A stretch of DNA of 62,865 nucleotides, filler included, from Aduncisulcus paluster (lineage: Eukaryota): the NCBI GenBank assembly GCA_024181965.1. It is 8 parts of 8 records of this genome, joined end to end, with 100 filler letters (N's around TTAATTAATTAA, not from the genome) between each part and the next. Parts side by side here need not be neighbours in the genome. Positions count along the whole stretch, not along the records: positions 1 to 6,104 come from BQXS01010949.1; positions 6,205 to 17,695 come from BQXS01010950.1; 6 more parts are not named here. One strand, 5' to 3'. Positions within the stretch are counted from its first letter, which is position 1. Every line of letters begins with the position of its first letter. Shown in pieces: positions 1-10,657 of this stretch. Below the pieces are notes generated by a model that had not been told where the DNA came from, did no database searches, and worked only from the letters and a program-made list of their open reading frames with translations. The position numbers were made by a program, and so were the translations under genes.

Positions 1-3000
1 CCTGCATATCACATTGATACACAGTGTCCATCGCCACACTCATCACCGTGTCACTTCTCGTTGATATACTGAGTGTGCTTGAGGTTAGAGATATCAGCGA
101 GAAGGCGAGAGGAGGTTTCTTCTTCACAGCTCTCGACATGAGGCGTAATCTACGAGTTCTCTTCTTTTCTTTATCTCGCAATACCATCAATTTCTCCGTC
201 AACATAACCAAGAATGCATGTAATTGCTCCGAAGCTGCCAGATCTCCAATCGGATTACTTTTCCTGACAGAACTCAGAGGAGTACTTGACGCAGATTTTA
301 GTTCTTGGGAATCAAAACTATTTTCACGATTCACAGAGACATTGACAACATAGCCCCCATGCCTATCAAGGATTTCCTGCGGACTTCCACGTTCCACAAC
401 CTTCCCTTTTGAAAGCATAATAATGTGATCGCTCAAATGTGTAATCTCATTCATATCGTGAGAACACAGGACAACACTGCATCCACTGTTCCTCAAATCC
501 TCCACACCACTCCAGACCCTTCGTTTTACGTGAGGGTCAAGACCAGTGGAGGTTTCATCGAGAAACACAATTCGAGGATTTCCAACCACACTCATGGCCG
601 CACACAATCTTCGTTGCATCCCGCCACTCAAATCTGAAGCCTTTGAGTGACGTTTCCTTCCGAGAGCAAACTCCTTTAAAATGGCTCTCAACATCTTTCT
701 TCTGCTTTCCTTTGTTCTCTGCTGTGGCAAGAGTTGGTGATATCTGAGGTGCCAACACAGTGTGAGATGCTGATAGACAGTCAATTCCTCCCAGCAATAT
801 CTATTGTCCTGTGGAGCAATTCCAATGTATCTCCGTAACCACATCACAGAGAAAGAAGTCAAGGGAACGTTGAGAAGAGAAACAGATGAAGAAAGATCGT
901 CAGATTTCATTTCGCCGGTTGAAGCATTGATGACAGCGTTATCATTACTGTTTGCCATATATATGGCAGAACGAGAGCCTTTTAAATCCCTAGATTTTCC
1001 GTTATTTTTCTTCTTCATTTCAGATCGTTTCCTCCCTTCTCTTGCACTCATCTTGGAGATAGGGATCTCACCCGTGATAGTTTTTATCAAAGTACTCTTC
1101 CCAGCACCATTACCTCCAATGAGGCCGACCACATCACCCTGTCGAACACCCAAACTAACTCCCTGGACAGCATATGTGTGAGTTCTGTGGATAAAGTGTC
1201 GTACATTGCCAGTTTTAGATAGGAATCGAGTGGTGGAATAGGTTTTGAATAAATCATTACATATGACGTCATACTCAGCGAATTTATCTCTCTGGAATGG
1301 TGGAATAACAACATAATCCCTCTCCATGAGATCGTCTTGTTGAGATGAACTTACTTCATCCCCAAACTCATTTCCGAGCCGACGAGCAGAACCATCAGGA
1401 GAATCATTGAACTGGCGTATTCTTTCGAGAGGTGGAGTCTCAGAAGATGACGACGTACTCAAGGATTCCATTTGACTCGTTGTGATCATGTCAGATGGCG
1501 GAGAACCGATATCTTCGGCCACGGCCTGTCCAATAGAAAAGGTTTCGTGAGATATGAAAGGTGCCATCGAAGAGGTGGTTGTATTATGAATTTTGTCCCT
1601 TGACGAATGCATGGACAGCCCAAACCCAGTATTACTAAGAGAAGCGAGTGCAGCCTGACTTCCCATATGTCCAAGATGCAACGAAGAATTATTTCCACTG
1701 GAAATGCTCTTTTTAAGGCTTGAGCCACCCTTCATTGATGTAGATGTCAGTTTTGGGGTGTCTTCTTCTTCCAATTCATCAATTTCGATAAGATCTCGGG
1801 GTTTTCGCTTTGCCCTAAAACCTCCTTCAAAAGAAAGGGTGTCGATGTATTCAGAATGGAATTTACGCGCCATCAAAAGACTCTTAATAAATCGAGGATC
1901 AAACAAGAAGAAAGGGTGAACCCCAGGCTTAGCAGGGGCTGGCAAAACAGTCGATAAAAATGTGGACAAAACCACAAACATTCCAAATTGCGCACTCAAC
2001 TGAATAAGCACATTATAGAATGGCGGAATTGTAAACGTTATCATTTGAGACACATATTCGAAATAGTTTGTCCACTTCAATTTGTCAATCTCCTCAGGCT
2101 GTTTTGCTGCTCGCCGAAGATATGTTTGATAACCATTACAATTCTCCCAATAACAGTTAAAATCTAAATAAAAATTGTCAGGATCAAACGTGATTGAATC
2201 ATCATCCGACGTTAAAGAATCCAAGGCATCATCCTCGTTCTCTGCTTTCTTTAAGGACTCTATTAGAGATGTTGTTTGTGCCCAAGCCTCATAGGACGCA
2301 ACTCCATCCTCATTAGATAGTTCGTACGATTCACAGAACAACGGAAACCACGAAGAGAAGGGGTTCAACCATACAGTTATGCTTGAAGGGAGAATTCGGG
2401 ATGTCGAATCATATGGATTCGGAGGGTACATTTCAAACACAATTACAAATGAGGCAACAACGACAAGGCTCACAACAACAGTGACTAAGACTGCAAAATT
2501 CGTCCAAGGAGAGATGACAGCAATGAAATCCGAGAGAGCGATTAGACTGAGAATAAACAAAGTCATGTGAACAATTGAATATGAAAAATCGGCATTGTAA
2601 AACGGAGAAGTGTGGACAATCCACTTTCCAACGGAAATAATAATGAGATTCCCAACAAAGAATAACAAAAAAAGACAAAAAATCCAAGAAACATGATAAA
2701 GCCAGTCAGATACCCCAAATAGTCTCAGTGTAACCATTTTTTGAGAGTTTTTCTCGCTGACAATGAGGGCAGTTAATATAATAAAAATGACACAATATGT
2801 GATTAGTACAATAAGCGTAACAATCTGAGAGTTTCTCATAAATGTATTTTTAGTAACTTCAGGGAGTGCACTAAGAGTATAATCGATATCTACATTGCCA
2901 AAGGTTTTTAAAATAGCCCTTTCTACATGTCTCTGCAACTGAAGTGAAAGACCAGTGAAATAACTTGCATTTGGAACCTCTTCACGAATAGGATCATCGC

Positions 3001-3637
3001 CCACATCAAATTTGTAAGCCAAATCAACAAGAGTTCGATTATAAGTGACATAATATTGAATTTTTGAAGGGAATCCAATAGATTCTCCTTCAGAATCGTT
3101 ATAATAATGTTCATCTTCGAGATAAAACATCAATCCAAAGTCAATTGGAATGGAATTATCTTCGGTAACATTGGTTGTATATTCTTCGAGCCCGATATTA
3201 AGCAAATCAAAGGTGAAGGAAGAGAGAGAAATATCTCCCTCTGCGGCATATTCCGCACCTGTTCCTTGGTCAATGAGATCCTTCGGTGTGTCGAAAGCGA
3301 CGATGTCTTCTCCAAGAGTCCATCCGAGATCATCAGCAATATATGACATAACTTCTTCAAGAGCATCAACATCTGGTGGACTGTATCCAATAGAAATGCA
3401 GGGCTCTCCTGCCATTTCAATTCCATTTTCATCAAATACTTTACACTTGGAGAGATTAGGTACAACAAAAAGGTTGGATTCTGAATGGAGCACAGTTGCA
3501 TCCATTATTTTTTGAACAAAATAAGCAATGCAAAGCATTAGTGATGGAAATAGTATCAAAAAGGATGTCAATATCCATCGATTTAAGAAATAAATGAAAC
3601 GTTGATATAATAACCCTAAAAATATATGACTACCCAT
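1..3637 (-). CDS. ABC transporter, ABCA-like (TM domain + NBD), 3' end runs off window
   Basis: Missing from the ORF track because it has no stop in the window. Read manually from ATG 3637 (MGSHIFLGLLYQRF...). The same frame carries Walker A GLIGGNGAGKSTL (~1090-1126), signature LSGGMQRRL (~605-631), Walker B VFLDETSTGLDP and H-loop CSHDMNE; hydrophobic helices lie at ~1950-2850. Confidence 0.9.
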   Translation of the reverse strand, partial: MGSHIFLGLLYQRFIYFLNRWILTSFLILFPSLMLCIAYFVQKIMDATVLHSESNLFVVPNLSKCKVFDENGIEMAGEPCISIGYSPPDVDALEEVMSYIADDLGWTLGEDIVAFDTPKDLIDQGTGAEYAAEGDISLSSFTFDLLNIGLEEYTTNVTEDNSIPIDFGLMFYLEDEHYYNDSEGESIGFPSKIQYYVTYNRTLVDLAYKFDVGDDPIREEVPNASYFTGLSLQLQRHVERAILKTFGNVDIDYTLSALPEVTKNTFMRNSQIVTLIVLITYCVIFIILTALIVSEKNSQKMVTLRLFGVSDWLYHVSWIFCLFLLFFVGNLIIISVGKWIVHTSPFYNADFSYSIVHMTLFILSLIALSDFIAVISPWTNFAVLVTVVVSLVVVASFVIVFEMYPPNPYDSTSRILPSSITVWLNPFSSWFPLFCESYELSNEDGVASYEAWAQTTSLIESLKKAENEDDALDSLTSDDDSITFDPDNFYLDFNCYWENCNGYQTYLRRAAKQPEEIDKLKWTNYFEYVSQMITFTIPPFYNVLIQLSAQFGMFVVLSTFLSTVLPAPAKPGVHPFFLFDPRFIKSLLMARKFHSEYIDTLSFEGGFRAKRKPRDLIEIDELEEEDTPKLTSTSMKGGSSLKKSISSGNNSSLHLGHMGSQAALASLSNTGFGLSMHSSRDKIHNTTTSSMAPFISHETFSIGQAVAEDIGSPPSDMITTSQMESLSTSSSSETPPLERIRQFNDSPDGSARRLGNEFGDEVSSSQQDDLMERDYVVIPPFQRDKFAEYDVICNDLFKTYSTTRFLSKTGNVRHFIHRTHTYAVQGVSLGVRQGDVVGLIGGNGAGKSTLIKTITGEIPISKMSAREGRKRSEMKKKNNGKSRDLKGSRSAIYMANSNDNAVINASTGEMKSDDLSSSVSLLNVPLTSFSVMWLRRYIGIAPQDNRYCWEELTVYQHLTLCWHLRYHQLLPQQRTKESRRKMLRAILKEFALGRKRHSKASDLSGGMQRRLCAAMSVVGNPRIVFLDETSTGLDPHVKRRVWSGVEDLRNSGCSVVLCSHDMNEITHLSDHIIMLSKGKVVERGSPQEILDRHGGYVVNVSVNRENSFDSQELKSASSTPLSSVRKSNPIGDLAASEQLHAFLVMLTEKLMVLRDKEKKRTRRLRLMSRAVKKKPPLAFSLISLTSSTLSISTRSDTVMSVAMDTVYQCDMQ

Positions 3638-4626
3638 AATATACAAAAATAATACCGTGAATAGTAGAAATAAAATATTTTTGTGAATATAATTAAGTGA
3701 TTTAAAGTACAATACAACGGTTCTTTTTCCATCAAGACAAGGTTGAGAAATATCCCAATTTTCAACTTGAAAATTACAAAAATTGCTCTCAGGAATATTT
3801 CTTTATTTTTTTAAAACTATTAATTCTTCGTTCAATGAGAACCAGAGTCTGGATTCACCCTGGAAGGATCCCGGAAGGTTTACAAGTCATATATATATAC
3901 ATTATATCTGATAATCATTGCTTTAAAACATTATGGGCTTAAATATGAGGAAAATAAGTTATATCAAACTTCTGAGGCCTTAGGCGGATTCCGCCTGGCG
4001 GAATCTGAAAGGTTCGTGAACCAGAATCAATTCTTATTGATCGGCACCATAGATTCTTCGGAAAATCCCCCACTTAAAACCCCCCTCATCCTGATACTTC
4101 AGAAAACCAAGGGTATCCCTGCTCCATCAAGAATTAAAGGAAAAATATCATATTGAAGGCTCTTTTCATAAAATATTCGAGTCCTAAAAAGTAGGATCGA
4201 GCTTCTCACTGAAAATAATAACGATACAGTGGAGTGGAATAGTCCATTACAAATGAAAAAAGAAATGGACAATAACATGAGATATATATGTGTAGATGAA
4301 TCCAACAACAAAGAATGCTGTTTTAGGAGCCCTCAACATATTTGGAAAGACAGTTTCAAGTGCGGAAAAAGTTTCATCAACATTCCCTTGTTTTTGAAAG
4401 GTAAATAGACCTTGAAGCACAGAAAACCATTGATATTCTGAATCTACATTAATAATAATGATTTAATAGTTTCAGATAGTGGCAAAATAAGCCAATTTGG
4501 AATTTCCAAATTGGAAATACTGTATTCCGAATACATTTGAGTCAAAACTGGAAAGTTTCCAGAATGTGTCATTCTCATATTGTTTTATTATACATTGGTT
4601 TTCGTCAAAAAATGCATGAATCAGTT

Positions 4627-4835
4627 CCTGACTCAATTTACTAGCCATGTGCTATTTGGACAGGAAACGAATAAATCGCATATACTCTTCCCCTCGAAAA
4701 GAAGATACTGTCCAAAACAACACTGCTGTTCATAGATTGGCCTCAACTAGTGCTCATCCACAGATGATTTCGCCTGGGGACTCTAGGAGTGAGAGGAGCA
4801 GGAGGTGGAAAGAAAGACCTGACTCAATTTACTAG
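4627..4835. mobile_element. 173-bp insertion (4645-4817) flanked by an 18-bp direct repeat CCTGACTCAATTTACTAG; SINE-like/non-autonomous retroposon candidate
   Basis: Identical 18-mers at 4627-4644 and 4818-4835. Segment 4643-4747 matches the reverse complement of 50303-50408 with one 1-nt indel. Confidence 0.75.
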
Positions 4836-4839
4836 TTAT

Positions 4840-6104
4840 TTACTCAATAATTTCAACTCGAGCACCATCTCCCACTTTCCATTCTTTCACTTTCCCAATT
4901 TCCCATACGGATGATCCACGTTCTTTCATTAATTCTTTAAGTTCTCGTGCCGCATCGGGAGTACATGAAATTAACAATCCTCCACTTGTTTGGGCATCAC
5001 AGACAAGAGTGGTTGCATATGAATCAATCTTCATACCTGGTGCAATCATTGGCATCGCATCTTTCCCTCTTAACCATTCCATGTTATTCAAAGTTCCTCC
5101 AGGAATTGTAGATTTTCCAAAATCTTCGACAAGTTCAATCACGGGATCCAAAAATGGAAGAGAAGAGAAAGATAGAATAGCTCCAAGTTTCTTCTCACCA
5201 TGGTGCATCGTATCATCTATTTTCTTTCTCTCTTCAGTTTGCCCAGTGCATATCTCGATGATATTCTCCTTGCTGAGCATTTCATATAAATGACCCCCAA
5301 GCCCAAAACCAGTAACATCGGTGAGAGCAGTCACACTCGATGAACCAAGTCTCCTTTTCACCTCACTCACACATTCAGCCGCTTCTCTATTGAGTTTTCC
5401 CATGGTGGCAGCCATCTCCTTGACAACACTCTCATCATCAATATAACCATTCTTTAAGGCTGTAGATATGATACCAGTACCTATCTTCTTCGTCAAAAGA
5501 AGGATATTCCCAGGTTTAGGAGTGTTGTTACACAAATACTCATCCTTTCGACAAATACCGACAACACACAACCCAAACTTAACTTCAGGATCATCAATAG
5601 TGTGTCCACCAGCGATAGCAATCCCGGCTTCAGCACACTTTTCAGTGGCTCCATTCATGATAGCAGTTAGGACACTCTCCGGCAGACGTGCAGAAGGGAA
5701 AGCACACACAGCGAGTGCAAAGATAGGTTTGGCATTCATAGCATACACATCACTCAGAGCATTGGAAGCAGCAATGCGTCCAAAATCAACAGGATCATCA
5801 ACAACGGGAGTGAAGAAATCAACTGTACTGACTAGCACTCTACCATCACCGATATCATACACACAGGCGTCATCAGCATTGTTCGTACCAACAAGAAGAG
5901 CAGGATCATAAAATGGGGCAATTGAGCGAAGAGCACGTTCAAGGGCTTGTGGACGGAGTTTACAGGCGCATCCTTGACCACTTGTATAAGCAGTAAGTTG
6001 CACTGAAGCATATTCAGGGAATAATGGACATCCAGACATGGAGGCAGATTCAGTCTCTTGAACGGTTTTAGTCTGCACAGATAATACTTCTTCTTCTTCC
6101 TTTT
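4840..6104 (-). CDS. selD: Selenophosphate synthetase (selenide, water dikinase), bacterial-type, Cys form; frame open to contig end
   Basis: Motifs LTAYTSGQGCACKL, DDACVY, STVDFFTPVVDDPVDFGRIAASNALSDVYAM, AGGHTIDD, TDVTGFGLGGHL and DAQTSGGLL. Possible Met at 6039, but the frame stays open (KEEEEVLSVQ...) to 6104. Confidence 0.95.
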
Positions 6105-6204
6105 NNNNNNNNNNNNNNNNNNNNNNNNNNNNNNNNNNNNNNNNNNNNTTAATTAATTAANNNNNNNNNNNNNNNNNNNNNNNNNNNNNNNNNNNNNNNN
6201 NNNN
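6105..6204. other. Artificial contig linker (N44-TTAATTAATTAA-N44); identical linkers at 17696-17795, 24478-24577, 31463-31562, 42309-42408, 49816-49915, 55617-55716
   Basis: The same 100-nt pattern with a six-frame stop core occurs seven times, and genes are cut at these points. Confidence 0.98.
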
Positions 6205-6663
6205 GCTTCTTGTGGGTCTTCTTGCCATCAGAAATAGAGAAAGAAAAAAGACAAGGTGAACTTTCAACTTTGAAACCACAGATATAAGCACCTTTCATTG
6301 GGCTAAGTGAGATGGAAAAGGGACGGAAAGATGGGACAAACGCACAAATTCTCCTCGCTTTAACATCCTTATACTCTCCTAACTTCGAGGAACTACATAA
6401 ACATATATAGGAACTTGAAATCAAAGGAATGGATATTTGAATGAAACACATTCTACTCTCCTTTCATCATTGCTTTTGATTACACTCTATACATCATTTC
6501 TATCATATTCTGCCTCTACTCTTTGGCATTGACTAATTTAGCGGAAATTCTGGAATATTGAAAATGCTAGAAGTTCGAGGAATTGGACAATACCCCCATT
6601 TTCCTTATATAATATATAAACAATCTTAGGTTTCACAATTTGAACAGCTGAAGAGGAATTCAT
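6205..6663 (-). pseudogene. Degenerate copy of the expanded 'MKGAYIC/KKYEF' family (paralogue of 29756-30823)
   Basis: MNSSSAVQIVKP, then YCPIPRTS in a shifted frame, then FIQISIPL and SPMKGAYIC...FSISDGKKTHKK match the intact paralogue across frameshifts and stops. Confidence 0.7.
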
Positions 6664-7710
6664 ATCCCTCGATTTCAAACCCCAGAAGTTCCGATAGTTA
6701 ATTAGAAACAATAAGAATATATTCAAGATCAGATATAACAATATAATAAACAATATAATAAACATTTTTTTTTAAAAAATAAGTATTCACACAGTAAGCA
6801 TAAGAATAGTGACAGACGGACAATAGAGTAGGATAATTGACATACAACATAAAAATAGTGTTATATAGCACTTTAGACAAAAAATATGAACCAAATAGAA
6901 AATAGAATTAATAGATTTACAGCAAACTCGACTCGGTTGAACGATTAAACTTTAACCGAGCAAATTGGGTACCACCCTAGAGTCAATATTCGCATCTATA
7001 TAAGACGAATCGATTTATTGGAGTCAATATGTAAGACTAAGGCTCAATCCTGACAGAAAGAGTGGATGGATCTTCGAAGATTCTTCCTCTTTCTTGAAAT
7101 CACCCTCATAAGAATTATTTTTGATTTTTGAATCAATTCATTCACAATGCCCAAGCTTTTGACAAATAAAAAAAGAGCAAAATATTTCCAAGAAATGTAA
7201 ATTTAGAGCAGAAAAAAACAACGATCATAGAACAACGGTGGAATAAATATCGAGCAGTATGCGGGATTAAGGTAAGTGAGAAACAACATAAATAGAAATA
7301 TAAAAATAGATTTAAACATATAAAGGGCATCAACTCGATAAGTTCATCAACAATCACGGGGAAATAACAACAAAAAATATCTGGATATTTTGTAAACAGA
7401 AAAAAAAAAAAAATCTGACAATATAATTGTCAGTATATGCGAGGAAAAACAATAGAATAGGAGAAATACAATAAAATCAAAAGCCAAAGCAAGGGTTTGA
7501 TACTATATTATCTGAGTTCGGATATAATGAAATTAAAAAATATTCGATATACATTAATAATGATAGAAATATATATAAAATATATCAAATAAAGGAAGAA
7601 TTTAGCATAAAGATCAACAGATAGAGACGAATGACGGATCACAGACGCACCAGCAAACAAACAAACAAGAGAACAAAAAGAATGAAACAAATGCCACAAA
7701 GAAAAAATTA

Positions 7711-8664
7711 TCAAAAAGTCGAAGAAATCCTATAAATCTTTCTTTTTCTCTTCTTCTTCTTCTTTTTCCGCTCTTTCTTCTCCTCATCTTTCCCTTCGTC
7801 TTCCTCACTTAGTAGTTCAGAGTCTTCTCTCGCAATGTCACCGTCTATATCACGAAGGGGCATTGCTGGACTGCCTTTCAACTCATCAACGGCGAAGTCA
7901 GGAGGTTCTTCAAGTCCCTTCTGTGGCAATTTTCCACTCATGGAGCTTCCAGGAATAGAACGAGGGATTTTTGACACCAATGGTTTCTCCTTGGCTTGTT
8001 CATGTGAAGGAGATGTACGAACGACAAGGGTAGGCTTCTCTTTCTCCCCTTCTTCTTCTTCTTCTTCTGAACTCTCATCTTCAGACACCTCCACGACTTC
8101 AAGGAGACCCATTCGCACTCCAGCATCTCCTTTCACTTCTTCAATCTCTTCTTTCTCAAGCTCCATAATTGGACCACGTCGTGACGAAGAGATATTGAGA
8201 TTTCTGGAAAATAACAAGTCCTCACGGGCGATATCTGCCACCCGATTGGCACATCTGGTGTGTTCACGCCTTTGAAGAACAGACGGGGAAGAATCTGACA
8301 CAAGGAAAGTCCCTTCTCCTCCAAAGTCCCCAATAGAAAAGCTGGATATAAGCGGATGTGAGGGGATTGGGGTTGTAGTTTTGCAGAGTCCGCCTGAAAT
8401 ATCATGGGCCTTTTTGGTGGCCTGAAGTTCCTTTAAATCTTGCTTACTCTTCATTGAAGAACCAGAAAGAGACGATCCAAGCTCCCCTTCTCCTTCGGTT
8501 GAAGTAGAACCTTCCTCAGAAGATATTCCATCATCATCGCTTTCGGAAATATCCTGATATGTGAAACTGGCAGTGGCAAGACGAGAGGAAGTCGTTTGGG
8601 GTGGAAGAGTCGAAGACATCTTCTGAGAGGGCGAAAAACTAGGTGATGTTGGAATTCCATCCAT
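7711..8664 (-). CDS. Hypothetical Ser/Glu-rich low-complexity protein with basic C-terminus (317 aa)
   Basis: Long ATG ORF with coding-like GC between AT-rich flanks; no domain recognised. Confidence 0.7.
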   Translation of the reverse strand: MDGIPTSPSFSPSQKMSSTLPPQTTSSRLATASFTYQDISESDDDGISSEEGSTSTEGEGELGSSLSGSSMKSKQDLKELQATKKAHDISGGLCKTTTPIPSHPLISSFSIGDFGGEGTFLVSDSSPSVLQRREHTRCANRVADIAREDLLFSRNLNISSSRRGPIMELEKEEIEEVKGDAGVRMGLLEVVEVSEDESSEEEEEEGEKEKPTLVVRTSPSHEQAKEKPLVSKIPRSIPGSSMSGKLPQKGLEEPPDFAVDELKGSPAMPLRDIDGDIAREDSELLSEEDEGKDEEKKERKKKKKKRKRKIYRISSTF

Positions 8665-9399
8665 TTGTACAACTTAATATCAAATAACGAAAAAAGGTAT
8701 TAATGCAAGAAATATAAAAGCTTAATTTTAAATGTGATTTCTTTTGGTAACGAGTGGTTGCAATAATAATTTACAACGCAAAAATAGACAGAAAAAGAGC
8801 TAATTTGCCACCAAATTAAATAGTAATGCTAACACAAAGGAAGAATAGCAAATAACAAAAGTTAGTTAACTAATGTCGACCCAAAACAGCGAACGTGGGA
8901 ATCTGGACAATTCGGATTATTCGAGAAAAAAATAGATATCTTCAAACAGAACATTCCATATTTTGCACAATATGGAATTGTTATTTATTATTCAAACTTT
9001 ACTAAGTTTGTTTCTACCTTCAAAAAAGAGACACGGAGAAAAAAAATCACGTCTGAATCCGAAGTCCAAAATACCAAAATAAACGAAGAAATATTTTATT
9101 AATATGATAGTATGATCCATGCAATAAAGAAAAACAATACTTGCATGCCTGGTATATTGTCTTGTCATCACCAAAGAAAATTTCAAACAAAAAAAAAGCC
9201 GATAACAGACGAACAAAAAGTAAAAATTAATATGATATGAATCATGGTTCCAGTTTTATCGAAAAATTCGTTAAGCATGATAAATTCCACTGGAAAGTCC
9301 TGCGAAGCTGAGCTTGCCAAGCTGATAGCCTCAACTTGAGGCTATTCGCGGCTAAAAGAATAAATTCTTAAAATATTATAATCTAATCAGATTAAAAAT

Positions 9400-10302
9400 C
9401 TAGAATTTTGTCCCTACATTCACACAAATTCCCAATATAAAATTCGTAAATAGACCAGCCAAAACTCCCAGCCGGAACATTGTCGGAATACCCGAAGCAA
9501 AAGCAAGGAAAAACATCAAAGGTCCAGTAACAAAAGTGAAAAACATCCCAACAGCAATCCAAGCAAGCATTTTCCACACAGGCATGAATTGATCCATATC
9601 TTGTTGATCACCCATCAAACCCATCAAGCCATACATAGGATCCTGACCAGGAGCACGTTGTAACCCGGGGAGATTCAAATTTTCATCTCCATTTAACCAT
9701 CTATCCTCGAGTTCGATGATGGAATGATCAAGCGGGCGGCCAGATGGCGATAAATGTGGGAAATAAAGGATATCTTGGTGTCCACTATCCCCAAGAACTA
9801 CAGATGAATCTGTTCTCGAATGATCACACTCATCTCGATATAGCTGATGCAAGATAACGGCACAACTTTCAATGTCATCACCCAATCCAACATTGGTTGC
9901 AAAAATCCTTAAAGCTCGTGATGCATGATTTAATTCATTCGCGGATATTGAACAGGTGCGGAGAATAAGATTACATCGGTGGGTCAATACTTCCTCAGGT
10001 GGAATTCCGGCATCGAGCAATGCTTCAAGACCTCGAACTTCTTCTTCTTCAGATGATTCTTCACTATCATCATGAATATCTTGAGAAACACCGATTATTA
10101 AAACAGATCCATCGGAAACACCAGAGGATTGTAATGGAGTATGTCCACTTAAAATCTGTCCTTGAAAAATAATACGAATTAACCTATCCCTAATTCCAAA
10201 ATTTTCACTAATAAATTCTTGTAAATCCCGGGGCGCTGTATCATCAGCAACATCTACAACTTCATAATCGCCTCCTGTTGAAAATGAAAGCCTTAATTTC
10301 AT
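9400..10302 (-). CDS. Dsc3-like protein (N-terminal ubiquitin-like domain, DUF2407-C-like region, C-terminal TM pair)
   Basis: UBL segment IRIIFQGQIL...LQSSGVSDGSVL. RGLEALLDAGIPPEEV and ELEDRW resemble the Dsc3 RGFDRL..AGF and LEE.W motifs. Two terminal hydrophobic helices end LGVLAGLFTNF. Confidence 0.7.
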   Translation of the reverse strand: MKLRLSFSTGGDYEVVDVADDTAPRDLQEFISENFGIRDRLIRIIFQGQILSGHTPLQSSGVSDGSVLIIGVSQDIHDDSEESSEEEEVRGLEALLDAGIPPEEVLTHRCNLILRTCSISANELNHASRALRIFATNVGLGDDIESCAVILHQLYRDECDHSRTDSSVVLGDSGHQDILYFPHLSPSGRPLDHSIIELEDRWLNGDENLNLPGLQRAPGQDPMYGLMGLMGDQQDMDQFMPVWKMLAWIAVGMFFTFVTGPLMFFLAFASGIPTMFRLGVLAGLFTNFILGICVNVGTKF

Positions 10303-10657
10303 ATTAAATTATTATTCTTTGAAAGCCGTGAATATATAAAAAAATAAACGAAATATTTGGTGTATTAATATGTGTGAATGCCTCCAAACCCGCGATTTTT
10401 TTTAAAATCTTAAGATACATAGTTTTATGAGTGATCCTTCCTAAAATTAACGTTAACTAACTTCAATATAATAATTTATAACATTCAAAATGAAATGGAT
10501 CATTGTTTGCACGTGACTAGAATTATTATTAAGATTTTATTATTCAGTGAGGAAGCTGAAAAACTTCTAATTCCAAAACAAATGGTTATTTACCACAATT
10601 AAATTATCTTTTCTCCATAATCAAAAATGAATGACGACGGTTTGAATATTAGTATTT

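Noticed and set aside
4645-4817. Possible SECIS element or hammerhead ribozyme after SelD
   Set aside because: SelD has Cys, with no in-frame TGA in the visible part. No AUGA/GA core with correct helix II and AA loop was found, and there is no CUGANGA...GAAA...UH core.
6105-6204. TTAATTAATTAA palindromes inside N runs
   Set aside because: Artificial six-frame-stop linkers. Gene neighbourhoods across them are not real, and ORF-track stops there are false.
6980-7030. 10-bp direct repeat GAGTCAATAT around 31 nt, with nearby hairpin CTCGGTT/AACCGAG
   Set aside because: The enclosed sequence does not resemble the micro-element, and the repeat is too short to call a TSD.
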